Shown here piece after piece: positions 16,600 to 24,702 of a stretch of 32,000 nt of DNA (positions within the stretch are counted from its first letter, which is position 1; every line of letters begins with the position of its first letter). The stretch comes from Cupriavidus necator. Its GTDB lineage: Bacteria > Pseudomonadota > Gammaproteobacteria > Burkholderiales > Burkholderiaceae. The notes beneath the pieces are model-generated. The model made no database searches, was not told the origin of the DNA, and worked only from the letters and a program-made list of their open reading frames with translations. The stretch spans positions 1,980,001 through 2,012,000 of the forward strand of contig NZ_CP066019.1 in the NCBI RefSeq assembly GCF_016127575.1, written 5' to 3'. A program made the translations under genes and the position numbers.

Positions 16600-17757
16600 A
16601 TGCTGCCGGCCATCAAGGACTATCGGGACCTGGCGCGGCGCCGGCTGTCGCGCTTCGCCTTCGACTATCTGGAGGGAGGCGCGGAGGACGGGCGCACGCT
16701 GGCACGCAACCTGGCCGCATACCAGGCACTGCTGTTCCGGCCGCGCGTGCTGCGCGACGTCACGGAGACCGATCCCGGCATGGAGATCTTCGGCCGCAAG
16801 TACCGCCTGCCGTTGCTGGTGGGCCCCACGGGGCTGAACGGACTGTACTGGCCGAAGGCCGAAGAGGCGCTGGCACGGGCCGCACACGCTGAAGGACTGC
16901 CCTTCGTGATGTCGACTGCATCGACCTCGCTGATCGAAGACGTGCGCGCAGCCAGCGACGGCGACCTGTGGCTGCAGCTCTACGTGCAGCGCGACCGCGC
17001 CATCGCCGAGAGCATGATGGCGCGCGCACGCGCCGCCGGCTTCAGCACGCTGATGCTGACCGTCGACACCATGGTGCACGGCAAGCGCGACCATGACATC
17101 CGCAACGGCTTTCGCATGCCGGTGCCGTGGACGCCGCGGCTGCTGGCCGACCTCGCGGCACATCCGCGGTGGTGCCTGCGCATGCTGCGCCAGGGCGGCT
17201 CGCCGCAGCTGGTCAACCTGGCCCGCAGCAGCGGGATGGCCAACGACCTGAAGGCGCAGGCGGCGGGATTGAGCCGGCAGATGGACATGTCGCTGTGCTG
17301 GGACGACATCGCCTGGCTGCGCCGGCACTGGCACGGGCCCGTCATCATCAAGGGTATCCTTACGCCGGCCGACGCGGAAATCGCCGCCCGCCAGGGCCTG
17401 GATGGCATCGTGGTCAGCAACCACGGCGGCCGCCAGCTGGAAGGCGCGCCCAGCGCGGTCGAGATGCTGCCCGCCATCGTCGCGGCGGCGGGCGGGATGC
17501 ACGTATTCGTCGATGGCGGCGTGCGCCGCGGCGCCGACATCGCCAAGGCGCTGGCAATGGGCGCCCGCGGCGTGCTGGTGGGGCGCGCACCGCTGTACGG
17601 GCTGGCGGCGCGCGGTCCCCGCGGCGTGGCGGAAGTCCTGGCCATCCTGCGTGGAGAATTCGAGACCACGCTGCGGCTGCTCGGCGTTCCGCAGGCAGCC
17701 AGGCTGGACGCTGCCGCGCTCTCGGACGACCATGCCGCGCGGCTGGCCGCACTGTAA
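16600..17757 (+). CDS. FMN-dependent alpha-hydroxy-acid dehydrogenase/oxidase (LldD/mandelate dehydrogenase-like)
   Basis: 385 aa. N-terminus 'IKDYRDLARRRLSRFAFDYLEGGAEDGRTL', 'DHDIRNGF', catalytic His region 'VVSNHGGRQLEGAPS', and 'VDGGVRRGADIAKALAMGA'. Confidence 0.9.
   Translation: MLPAIKDYRDLARRRLSRFAFDYLEGGAEDGRTLARNLAAYQALLFRPRVLRDVTETDPGMEIFGRKYRLPLLVGPTGLNGLYWPKAEEALARAAHAEGLPFVMSTASTSLIEDVRAASDGDLWLQLYVQRDRAIAESMMARARAAGFSTLMLTVDTMVHGKRDHDIRNGFRMPVPWTPRLLADLAAHPRWCLRMLRQGGSPQLVNLARSSGMANDLKAQAAGLSRQMDMSLCWDDIAWLRRHWHGPVIIKGILTPADAEIAARQGLDGIVVSNHGGRQLEGAPSAVEMLPAIVAAAGGMHVFVDGGVRRGADIAKALAMGARGVLVGRAPLYGLAARGPRGVAEVLAILRGEFETTLRLLGVPQAARLDAAALSDDHAARLAAL
17617..17618. other. (placeholder intentionally not used)
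   Basis: Ignore this entry; it carries no claim. Confidence 0.
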
Positions 17758-17794
17758 GCCATGAAAACAATGACAAGGACGAGCAGGAGGTTGT

Positions 17795-18619
17795 GTGGAT
17801 TCAGGTAATGAAGGCAACGGGCTGCGCACAAGGCGCGAGCGTTCGTCCCTGTTCGTCGGTTCGGTGGAAAAGGCCTTCCAGGTGCTGGAAGCCTTCCACG
17901 GCCCGGACCGCCGCCTGATGTCGATGGCGGAAATCGCCCGGGCGGCCGATCTCGACCGCAGCGCCACCCAGCGGCTGGTGCACACACTGGAACAGCTGGG
18001 CTACATCCGGCGCCTGCCCGATTCGGCGATGTATGGGCTTGCGCCGAAGGCACTGGGCCTGTCGTACAACTACCTGCGCTCCAACGACCTGGTCGAGCGC
18101 GCATCGCCCTACCTGCTCGATATCAGCCGCACGCTGGGAGAAACCGCCAACCTGCAGGAACTCGACGGGCACGAAATCGTGTTCCTGGCCCGCTTCCCCG
18201 GGCAGCACCTGATCAACGTCGATTTCGGGGTCGGGTACCGGCTCCCGGCCGTGTACACCGCGTCCGGGATTGCGATCCTGTCGAAGCTGCCCGAAGCGCA
18301 GCGCCTGGAGGTGGTGCGGGCGACCGCACTGAACCCCATCACGCCGTTCACTGAAACCGACCCCGACAAGCTGATGACGGCGATCCGCGAGGCCGGTGAA
18401 CGCGGCTATGCCGTGGCCATGAACCAGACCGTGGTCGGCGACATCTCCGTCGCAGCCGCAATCACCGACCACCGCGGGCTGCCGGTCGGGGCCATCAATA
18501 TCTCAGTCCCGTCCACGCGCTGGACGCTGGAAACCGCCCAGGCCAAGCTGGCCCCGCATGTGCAAGTGGCGGCCATGTCGATCTCGCAGGCAAAGCGGAT
18601 GAGTTTCCAGACGGCATGA
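17795..18619 (+). CDS. IclR-family transcriptional regulator
   Basis: GTG 17795 sits just after AGGAGG (17785-17790). wHTH 'VEKAFQVLEAFHGPDRRLMSMAEIARAADLDRSATQRLVHTLEQLGYI' plus an effector domain. Confidence 0.85.
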   Translation: MDSGNEGNGLRTRRERSSLFVGSVEKAFQVLEAFHGPDRRLMSMAEIARAADLDRSATQRLVHTLEQLGYIRRLPDSAMYGLAPKALGLSYNYLRSNDLVERASPYLLDISRTLGETANLQELDGHEIVFLARFPGQHLINVDFGVGYRLPAVYTASGIAILSKLPEAQRLEVVRATALNPITPFTETDPDKLMTAIREAGERGYAVAMNQTVVGDISVAAAITDHRGLPVGAINISVPSTRWTLETAQAKLAPHVQVAAMSISQAKRMSFQTA

Positions 18620-18650
18620 GCGATGCCGGAAACGCCGCCGGCTTCGCTCA
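18617..18650. terminator. Hairpin spanning both convergent stop codons (candidate bidirectional terminator or attenuating structure)
   Basis: TGAGCGA-t-GCCGG-aaacgccg-CCGGC-t-TCGCTCA: 7 + 5 bp with one T/T mismatch. It includes the IclR TGA (18617-18619) and the SDR stop (TCA on the plus strand, 18648-18650). No U-tracts. Confidence 0.3.
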
Positions 18651-19400
18651 GATGGCCCGGCCTCCGTCAACGGGCATGTCGATGCCGGTAAGGAAGCGGG
18701 CACCCGGGCTTGCCAGGAAGACCGCGGCATTGGCCACGTCGGCCGGCTCGCACATTCGCCCCAGCGGTATGGTGGCAACAAAGCGGGCGCGGTTCTCGGC
18801 GGTGTCGGCAACCCCCATGAAGTCCTGCAGCAGCCCGGTCGCCGCCATCACGGGCGAGATCAGGTTGACCCGGATCCCGTGCGCGGCCAGTTCAACAGCC
18901 ATCGATTTCGACATCACGCTCACCGCGCCCTTCGAGCTGTTGTACCAGGTCAGCCCCGGGCGCGGCCGGTGGCTGCCGACCGAGCCGATATTGAGGATCA
19001 CGCCTTTGCCGCGCTGCTTCATCAGCGGCACGACCGCGCGTGCCATGTGGTAGATCGACTTGACGTTGACGGCGAAGACGCGGTCGAAGACCGCTTCGTC
19101 GACTTCCAGCATCGACTGATTCCGATGCGTGGTGCCGGCATTGTTGACGACCACGTCCGGCTCGCCGAAATGGTCGCAGCAGTGCTGCACCGCGGCGTTG
19201 ATCTGCGCCGGGCTGGTGACGTCGCACGGAGCCGCACTGGCATTCGGCCCCAACTCGTCCGCCAGTCTCTGCACGGCATCGCGATCGATATCGGCCAGCA
19301 CGACCTTCGCTCCCGCCTGGATAAAGGCCCGCGCAATCGCGGCGCCAAAGCCACTGCCTGCGCCCGTGACAATGGCAACCTGGTCTGATAGCTCCGACAT
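18648..19400 (-). CDS. Short-chain dehydrogenase/reductase (classical SDR)
   Basis: 250 aa. TGAGSGFG (TGxxxGxG), NNAG and YNSSK (YxxxK). SD GGGAGA upstream. The gene is 9 nt after the ALDH stop. Confidence 0.9.
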   Translation of the reverse strand: MSELSDQVAIVTGAGSGFGAAIARAFIQAGAKVVLADIDRDAVQRLADELGPNASAAPCDVTSPAQINAAVQHCCDHFGEPDVVVNNAGTTHRNQSMLEVDEAVFDRVFAVNVKSIYHMARAVVPLMKQRGKGVILNIGSVGSHRPRPGLTWYNSSKGAVSVMSKSMAVELAAHGIRVNLISPVMAATGLLQDFMGVADTAENRARFVATIPLGRMCEPADVANAAVFLASPGARFLTGIDMPVDGGRAI

Positions 19401-19409
19401 GTCGTCTCC

Positions 19410-20843
19410 CTATTGGTAGTGCTGCACGATGGTCTTGGTGGTGCTCATCTCTTCCAGCGCGAGGAAGCCCTTTTCCCGGCCGTACCCGCTCTTCTTGACG
19501 CCGCCGAAGGGCAGTTCGACCCCACCGCCGGCACCGTAGCAATTGATAAAGACCTGCCCGCTCTGCAGCCGCTGGCTGACCCGCATCTGCCGGCTGCCGT
19601 TCTCGGTCCACACGCCGGCGACCAGGCCGTAGTCGGTGGCATTGGCCAGCCGGATGGCATCCTCTTCGTCCGTGAACGGCATCACCGACAGCACTGGCCC
19701 GAATACCTCGATATTCGCCAGCGCGTGGTCGCGCGGCACCGGACCGAACAGGACCGGCCTGACGAAGTACCCACCCCGGGGCAAATCCGCCGCAAACCCG
19801 CCTTCGGCGATAACCGGCACGCCGCTGTCCCGCGCGGCCTCCACCAGCCCCATCACACGCCGGTACTGCCGCTCGCTGACGATCGGCCCGCAATCCAGAT
19901 CGGCGGCCGGCACGCCCGCCTGCAGGGCACGGAAGGCCTGCGCCACCATGCCGACGAAGCGATCGTAGATGCCTTGCTGCACCAGCAGCCGGCTGCCCGC
20001 CGAGCAGGTCTGCCCGGCGTTCTGGACAATGGCCTTGACCACGGCCGGCACCGCCTTGTCCAGGTCCGCGTCGTCGAAGACGATCTGCGGCGACTTGCCG
20101 CCCAGCTCAAGCACGCAGGGGACGTGGTTGGCCGCGGTTGCCTGCTGCACCAGGGCGCCGGCCTCGGGCGAGCCGGTAAAGGTGGCGAAATGGATGCCGG
20201 GGTTCGATGTCAGCGCGGCGCCTGCCTCCGCGCCATACCCGGTCACCAGGTTGAGGGCTCCGGGCGGCAGCCCGGCTTCCATGGCAAGCTCGGCAATCCG
20301 GATCACGCTCAGGCACGCATCCTCCGATGGCTTCAGCACCGCCGCATTGCCCATCGCCAGTGCCGGCGCCAGCGTGCGCCCCATCATCTGCGCCGGGTAG
20401 TTCCAGGGAATGATGTGGGCGGTCACGCCATGCGGGACGCGCACCACGCTCACGTTGTATCCGTCCAGGTACGGAATCGTCTGACCGTGGACCTTGTCGG
20501 CGGCGCCACCGTAGAACTCGAAGTACCTGGCCACCGCCCTGGCATCGGCGCGCGCGGCCGAGATCGGCTTGCCGGTGTCCTGCGCCTCGATTGCCGCCAG
20601 CTCTTCCGCGTGATCGAGAATGCCTTGTCCCAGCCGCTGCAGGATGCGCCCGCGTTCGGTCGCGGTCTTGCTGCCCCACTCGCCCTGCAAGGCATCCTGC
20701 GCCGCGCTCACCGCCTGCTGCACATCCGCGGCGCGGCCGCGGCTGATCTTCGCAAACGCCATGCCGTCACTGGGATCGATCACGTCGATGGTCTCGCCAT
20801 CGATGGCGCCGAGCCATTTCCCTCCGATGAGTAACGTCTTCAC
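19410..20843 (-). CDS. NAD(P)-dependent aldehyde dehydrogenase
   Basis: 477 aa with a GTG start at 20843 and SD GGAG 7 nt upstream. ELGGKSP (catalytic Glu region) and GQTCSAGSR (catalytic Cys region). Confidence 0.95.
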   Translation of the reverse strand: MKTLLIGGKWLGAIDGETIDVIDPSDGMAFAKISRGRAADVQQAVSAAQDALQGEWGSKTATERGRILQRLGQGILDHAEELAAIEAQDTGKPISAARADARAVARYFEFYGGAADKVHGQTIPYLDGYNVSVVRVPHGVTAHIIPWNYPAQMMGRTLAPALAMGNAAVLKPSEDACLSVIRIAELAMEAGLPPGALNLVTGYGAEAGAALTSNPGIHFATFTGSPEAGALVQQATAANHVPCVLELGGKSPQIVFDDADLDKAVPAVVKAIVQNAGQTCSAGSRLLVQQGIYDRFVGMVAQAFRALQAGVPAADLDCGPIVSERQYRRVMGLVEAARDSGVPVIAEGGFAADLPRGGYFVRPVLFGPVPRDHALANIEVFGPVLSVMPFTDEEDAIRLANATDYGLVAGVWTENGSRQMRVSQRLQSGQVFINCYGAGGGVELPFGGVKKSGYGREKGFLALEEMSTTKTIVQHYQ

Positions 20844-20950
20844 CCGCCGCTCCTGAACAGCACATCTATCGTCACCGCGGCCACTCCCGGCCTGTGCGCC
20901 TCGCGCAGGCCAGCGGTACCGCCTCAGCCCATGGAAATCGGTCTGCTCCC

Positions 20951-22051
20951 CTACTGGCTCCGCGCAAGCGAGCCCGGCGACTCCGACTCCTTCATGAACT
21001 CCGCGTCGTTGTAGTGATAGAGATCGTCCAGGTAGGGCACGAAGAAGTCATAGAACGAGCGCGAGTCATACCTGATCTCGTCCCCGGGCCTGACGCATTC
21101 CGGAATCGGCCCGACATTGGCGTCATCGTCCGGGTAGAAGAAGAAGGTCAGCGCATAGCGCTTCATCGGCGGATTGACCACGCGGTGCGGCGTGGCGATG
21201 AAGCGGTCGTTGGACAGGCGGTTCAGGATCTGGCCGGTGTTGACGATCAGCGCGTCCTTGACGTAGCTGACACTCAGCCACTCGCGCGACGGGGTCATGA
21301 CCTGCAGGCCGGGCACCGGGGTCATCGGCAGCAAGGTCAGGAAGCTGCCGTCGGAATGCGGCGCCAGCGCGTACTGGCCCTCGTCGAGGTGTTCCTCAGG
21401 ATGGTAGTAGGCGCAGCGCTGGTAGTATTCCGGCGCCTTGAACATGCTGTCGAAATAGTCCGCGCGCAGCTCCAGCGCCCTGGCGTAGATGGGCAGGAAC
21501 TTCAGCGCCAGGCGCTCCATCGACAACTGGTAGTCGTACAGCGTCTGGCGGAACTCCGGCAGGCTCTCCGGCCACTGGTTCAGGCCACGATGACGCACAT
21601 TGGCCCGCACCTTGGGGTCGTCCTCGGTGCGGTTGCGCATGAAAAGCCAGGCCGAATTGGTATCCTTCTTGGTGTTCTCCGCAATCTTGGTCCGGATCGC
21701 CTCGGACTTCAGGATGGATGCCTTCGGCGGCAGGTAGCCCTGGTGGTGATAGCCGACCCGGTGCCTGAGCTTCTCTTCCATCGGGATCTCGAAGAGCTTG
21801 GCGGTCTGGCGGAACGACTCGTCGATCAGGGCGTGCGGGATGCCGTGATTGATCACCGAGAAGAACCCCAGCTCCTCCTGGATCAGCTTGACGTCGGCGG
21901 CCAGTTGCTCAAGCGCGCCGGGCACGCCAGCCAGGTAGGGGCCCAGGTCGAGAATGGGCAGGTCGGTCCCGCGCGCTATGGCTGCGCGCACCTGCTCTGA
22001 GGGAGCGGCCTGCAACGGCTGGGCCGCAGCCCGGGATGGCATTGCTGTCAT
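20951..22051 (-). CDS. 2-oxoglutarate/Fe(II)-dependent oxygenase (isopenicillin-N-synthase-like family)
   Basis: 366 aa. N-terminal DIOX_N-like 'LPILDLGP...GFFSVINHGIP'. Facial triad H-x-D (APHSDGSFLTLL) and distal His (ATPHRV), followed by KRYALTFF. SD TAGGAGA upstream. Confidence 0.85.
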   Translation of the reverse strand: MTAMPSRAAAQPLQAAPSEQVRAAIARGTDLPILDLGPYLAGVPGALEQLAADVKLIQEELGFFSVINHGIPHALIDESFRQTAKLFEIPMEEKLRHRVGYHHQGYLPPKASILKSEAIRTKIAENTKKDTNSAWLFMRNRTEDDPKVRANVRHRGLNQWPESLPEFRQTLYDYQLSMERLALKFLPIYARALELRADYFDSMFKAPEYYQRCAYYHPEEHLDEGQYALAPHSDGSFLTLLPMTPVPGLQVMTPSREWLSVSYVKDALIVNTGQILNRLSNDRFIATPHRVVNPPMKRYALTFFFYPDDDANVGPIPECVRPGDEIRYDSRSFYDFFVPYLDDLYHYNDAEFMKESESPGSLARSQ

Positions 22052-22147
22052 GATCGGTGTCTCCTATGGTTTGACTGATACGGGGAACGTGCTGCCTTGC
22101 CCGCCGATACGGTGGATCGGCTTGATCAAACTTCCACTGCACACATC

Positions 22148-23392
22148 TCACTTCCAGAACGCGCATCGGGATTCCGCCCTGGAAGCAAAGGCCTGCTCCC
22201 CGGGAATCCGCTGCACCTCCTTGTAGTAGTCCCACGGCTGGCGTGATTCAGCCGGGCTCTTCACTTCCATCAGGCGCAGATCGTGCACCATGCGTCCGTC
22301 TCCGCGGATATAGCCGTTCTGGGCGTACATATCGTTGATGCGGGTGGCCTTCATGCCGGCGATCACCTTCGCGGCGGCGTCCGTGCCGGCAGCCTTCACC
22401 GCGCGCAGATAGTGCTGTGTCGCCGAGTAGCTGGCCGCCTGCATGCTGGTGGGCTTCTTCTTCATCTTGTCCTGGAACCGCCCTGCCCACTTCCTTGAGT
22501 CATCGCTCTGGTCCCAGTACCAGGCTTCGGTCAGGGTGATGCCCTGGGTCAGTCCCAGGCCGAGGGCGTGCACATCCGTGATGAACAGCATCAGCCCCGC
22601 GATCTTCATCGACCTGGAGATGCCGAATTCGTTGGCCGCCTTGATCGCATTGATGGTGTCGCCGCCGCCGTTGGCCAGCCCCAGGACCTGGGCCCGCGAT
22701 GCCTTGGCCTGCAGCAGGAAGGAGGAAAAATCGGAGGCGGACAAAGGATGCCGGACGCTGCCCAGGACCTTGCCGCCGCCGGCGGTGACCACCGCCGCGG
22801 TCTCCTTCTCCAGCGAGGCGCCAAAGGCATAGTCCACCGTCAGGAAGTACCACGACCGTCCGCCCTGCCTGGTCATGGCGGCACCGGTGCCCCTGGCCAG
22901 GGCCACGGTGTCATAGAGATAGTGGATGGTATAGGGCGAGCACTCCTCATTGGTCAGCTGCGCCGCCACGCCGCCGGTCACCATGACCGGGCGCTGCTTT
23001 TCCGCTGCGACCTTGGCCACCGCCAGGCTGGTGCCGGAACTGGGCCCGCTGATGATCATGTCCACCCCTTGCCGGTCGAACCACTCGCGGGCCTGCGTGG
23101 CCGCGGTATCGGGCTTGCCGGCATGGTTGGCGTGGACCAGCTCGATGCGCTTGCCGTTGATCTCGCCGCCGGCATCCGCAATCGCCATCCGCACTGCCTC
23201 GACCAGGCCGTTGCCGCCCATGTCAGAGTAAAGCCCTGACATGTCCGCCAGCACGCCGATCTTCACCGACTCGTCGCTGAACTGGGCCGCAGCCGGTCCG
23301 GCCAGGGCCAGGCCGGCCATGCCCAGCAACGCAGCCGGCCACCTGATCCGCCTTGCCCGGCCTTCAGGCACTCGTTTTCTATTTATCCGCAT
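22148..23392 (-). CDS. ABC-type periplasmic binding protein, Leu/Ile/Val (LivJ)-type PBP1 family; orphan (no adjacent permease or ATPase)
   Basis: ATG 23392 with strong SD GGAGGGGAG. Signal 'WPAALLGMAGLALAGPAAAQ', then 'VKIGVLADMSGLYSDMGGNG', typical of this family. Confidence 0.9.
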   Translation of the reverse strand: MRINRKRVPEGRARRIRWPAALLGMAGLALAGPAAAQFSDESVKIGVLADMSGLYSDMGGNGLVEAVRMAIADAGGEINGKRIELVHANHAGKPDTAATQAREWFDRQGVDMIISGPSSGTSLAVAKVAAEKQRPVMVTGGVAAQLTNEECSPYTIHYLYDTVALARGTGAAMTRQGGRSWYFLTVDYAFGASLEKETAAVVTAGGGKVLGSVRHPLSASDFSSFLLQAKASRAQVLGLANGGGDTINAIKAANEFGISRSMKIAGLMLFITDVHALGLGLTQGITLTEAWYWDQSDDSRKWAGRFQDKMKKKPTSMQAASYSATQHYLRAVKAAGTDAAAKVIAGMKATRINDMYAQNGYIRGDGRMVHDLRLMEVKSPAESRQPWDYYKEVQRIPGEQAFASRAESRCAFWK

Positions 23393-23426
23393 CTCCCCTC
23401 CTGTCGACAGATTGCACTGCATCCGT

Positions 23427-23762
23427 TCACGCCCGCATCCCGCCTGGTGGCGCTGCCTCTGCCCCGGCCGGGCTGGCCAATGCGGACAGGTGCGCTTTCC
23501 TGAGCCTGCGCAACTGCCCCGGATTTGCCCGCACGCTTTCCACCGTTTCGAAATAGCGCCACAGTTCCCCGTCTATGTCGGCACGCAGCCTGATCGCGTC
23601 CAGCAGGCGGATTACCGCCAGCCGCTCGTGCCGCATCCTGACGCTGTGCCGCAGCAGCGCCAGCGCGGCCGCCCGCACATCTGGCACCTGGTGCGCCGGG
23701 GTTTCGGCGCGGCCGGCGGTGCGGATGGTTTTCTTGAGTGCCTTGATTCTTTCGCGCGACAT
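23427..23762 (-). CDS. Hypothetical Arg-rich, predicted helical protein (111 aa)
   Basis: ATG 23762, 37 nt after the meaB stop (MSRERIKALKKTIRTAGRAE...). The frame mostly uses G/C-ending codons. No recognisable motif. The ORF-track N-terminal extension to 23876 overlaps meaB. Confidence 0.45.
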   Translation of the reverse strand: MSRERIKALKKTIRTAGRAETPAHQVPDVRAAALALLRHSVRMRHERLAVIRLLDAIRLRADIDGELWRYFETVESVRANPGQLRRLRKAHLSALASPAGAEAAPPGGMRA

Positions 23763-23799
23763 GGTGCTTGCGGCTCCGGCGTTGTTCGGACTGGCAGCG

Positions 23800-24702
23800 C
23801 TACGCGCCAATGGCTTTGCCCAGCTGGGTCCAGGCCTGGGACAGCTGCTGCCGCAGTGGCAGGGCCAGGAATTCATCGTCCTGATTGGCGACCACCTCGG
23901 CGACCTGGACCTCGAGCAGGCGCTTCAGCCGGTAGCGGGCCCGCTGCCTGCGCAAGGCCGCCTGCCGCCCGGCGGCAGCCAGCCACGCCTGGTGCCGGTC
24001 GATGGCATCGGACAGAGCACTGACCGAGGCGGGACGCGATGCCGCGGTCAGCAGCACCGGCGGAACCCACGCGCCCTGCGCATGCCGCGTGATGGCGCCG
24101 ATGCGCCGGATATCCGTGGCCATGCGCTGGGCGCCCGGCAGGTCTGCCTTGTTGACGACGAAGATATCGGCCATTTCCATGATTCCCGCCTTCATCGCCT
24201 GCACCATGTCCCCACTGTCCGGCAACAACAGCAGCACCAGCGTATCGACCTGCGCGCGCGCCGCGTATTCCGTCTGGCCGACACCGACCGTTTCCAGCAG
24301 CACCTCGGCAAAGCCGAAGTCATCCATCGCATCCAGCATCTCCGGGAGGTTGTCAGCCAGGCCATCCGAGGTGCCGCGCGAGCCCAGCGAGCGGATGTAG
24401 AGTTCCGGGCTGGTGCCAAGCTCATCCATGCGGATCCGGTCCCCGAGGATGGCGCCGCCGCTCCTGGGACTGCTGGGATCCACCGCGAGCACGCCGAGGC
24501 GCCCCTTAGACGCGCGCGCCATGGCGAGGTGGCCCAACAGGGTGCTCTTGCCCGCGCCGGGCGCACCGGTCATGCCGATGCGCCTGGCCGGATGCAGCGG
24601 GGTATCCCGCTGCGCTCGCTGCACCAGCTCCGCGGGCGTGGCGTTGGCGATGCGGGTCAGCGTCCGGCCCAGCGCGCCCCGGTCGAGCGAGGACGGGTTC
24701 AT
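23800..24702 (-). CDS. meaB: MeaB/ArgK-type G-protein chaperone of B12-dependent mutases
   Basis: 300 aa. P-loop GMTGAPGAGKST, ETVGVGQ (switch region) and NKAD (VVNKADL). The start overlaps the CoA-transferase stop (ATGA, 24699-24702). Confidence 0.9.
   Translation of the reverse strand: MNPSSLDRGALGRTLTRIANATPAELVQRAQRDTPLHPARRIGMTGAPGAGKSTLLGHLAMARASKGRLGVLAVDPSSPRSGGAILGDRIRMDELGTSPELYIRSLGSRGTSDGLADNLPEMLDAMDDFGFAEVLLETVGVGQTEYAARAQVDTLVLLLLPDSGDMVQAMKAGIMEMADIFVVNKADLPGAQRMATDIRRIGAITRHAQGAWVPPVLLTAASRPASVSALSDAIDRHQAWLAAAGRQAALRRQRARYRLKRLLEVQVAEVVANQDDEFLALPLRQQLSQAWTQLGKAIGA

Noticed and set aside
20889-20911. Imperfect hairpin GGCCTG(T)GCG...CGC(-)CAGGCC between the 2OG oxygenase and ALDH genes, considered as an internal terminator.
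   Set aside because: It has only 6 + 3 bp with a mismatch on the transcribed (minus) strand and no U-tract. The downstream ALDH gene has its own SD only about 45 nt away. It is more likely an intercistronic structure, or chance in GC-rich DNA.
22052-22147. Repeated GATACGG and GATCGG words in the 96-nt gap between the binding-protein and oxygenase genes.
   Set aside because: The repeats are only 6-7 nt with no consistent spacing or symmetry, which is not distinguishable from chance.
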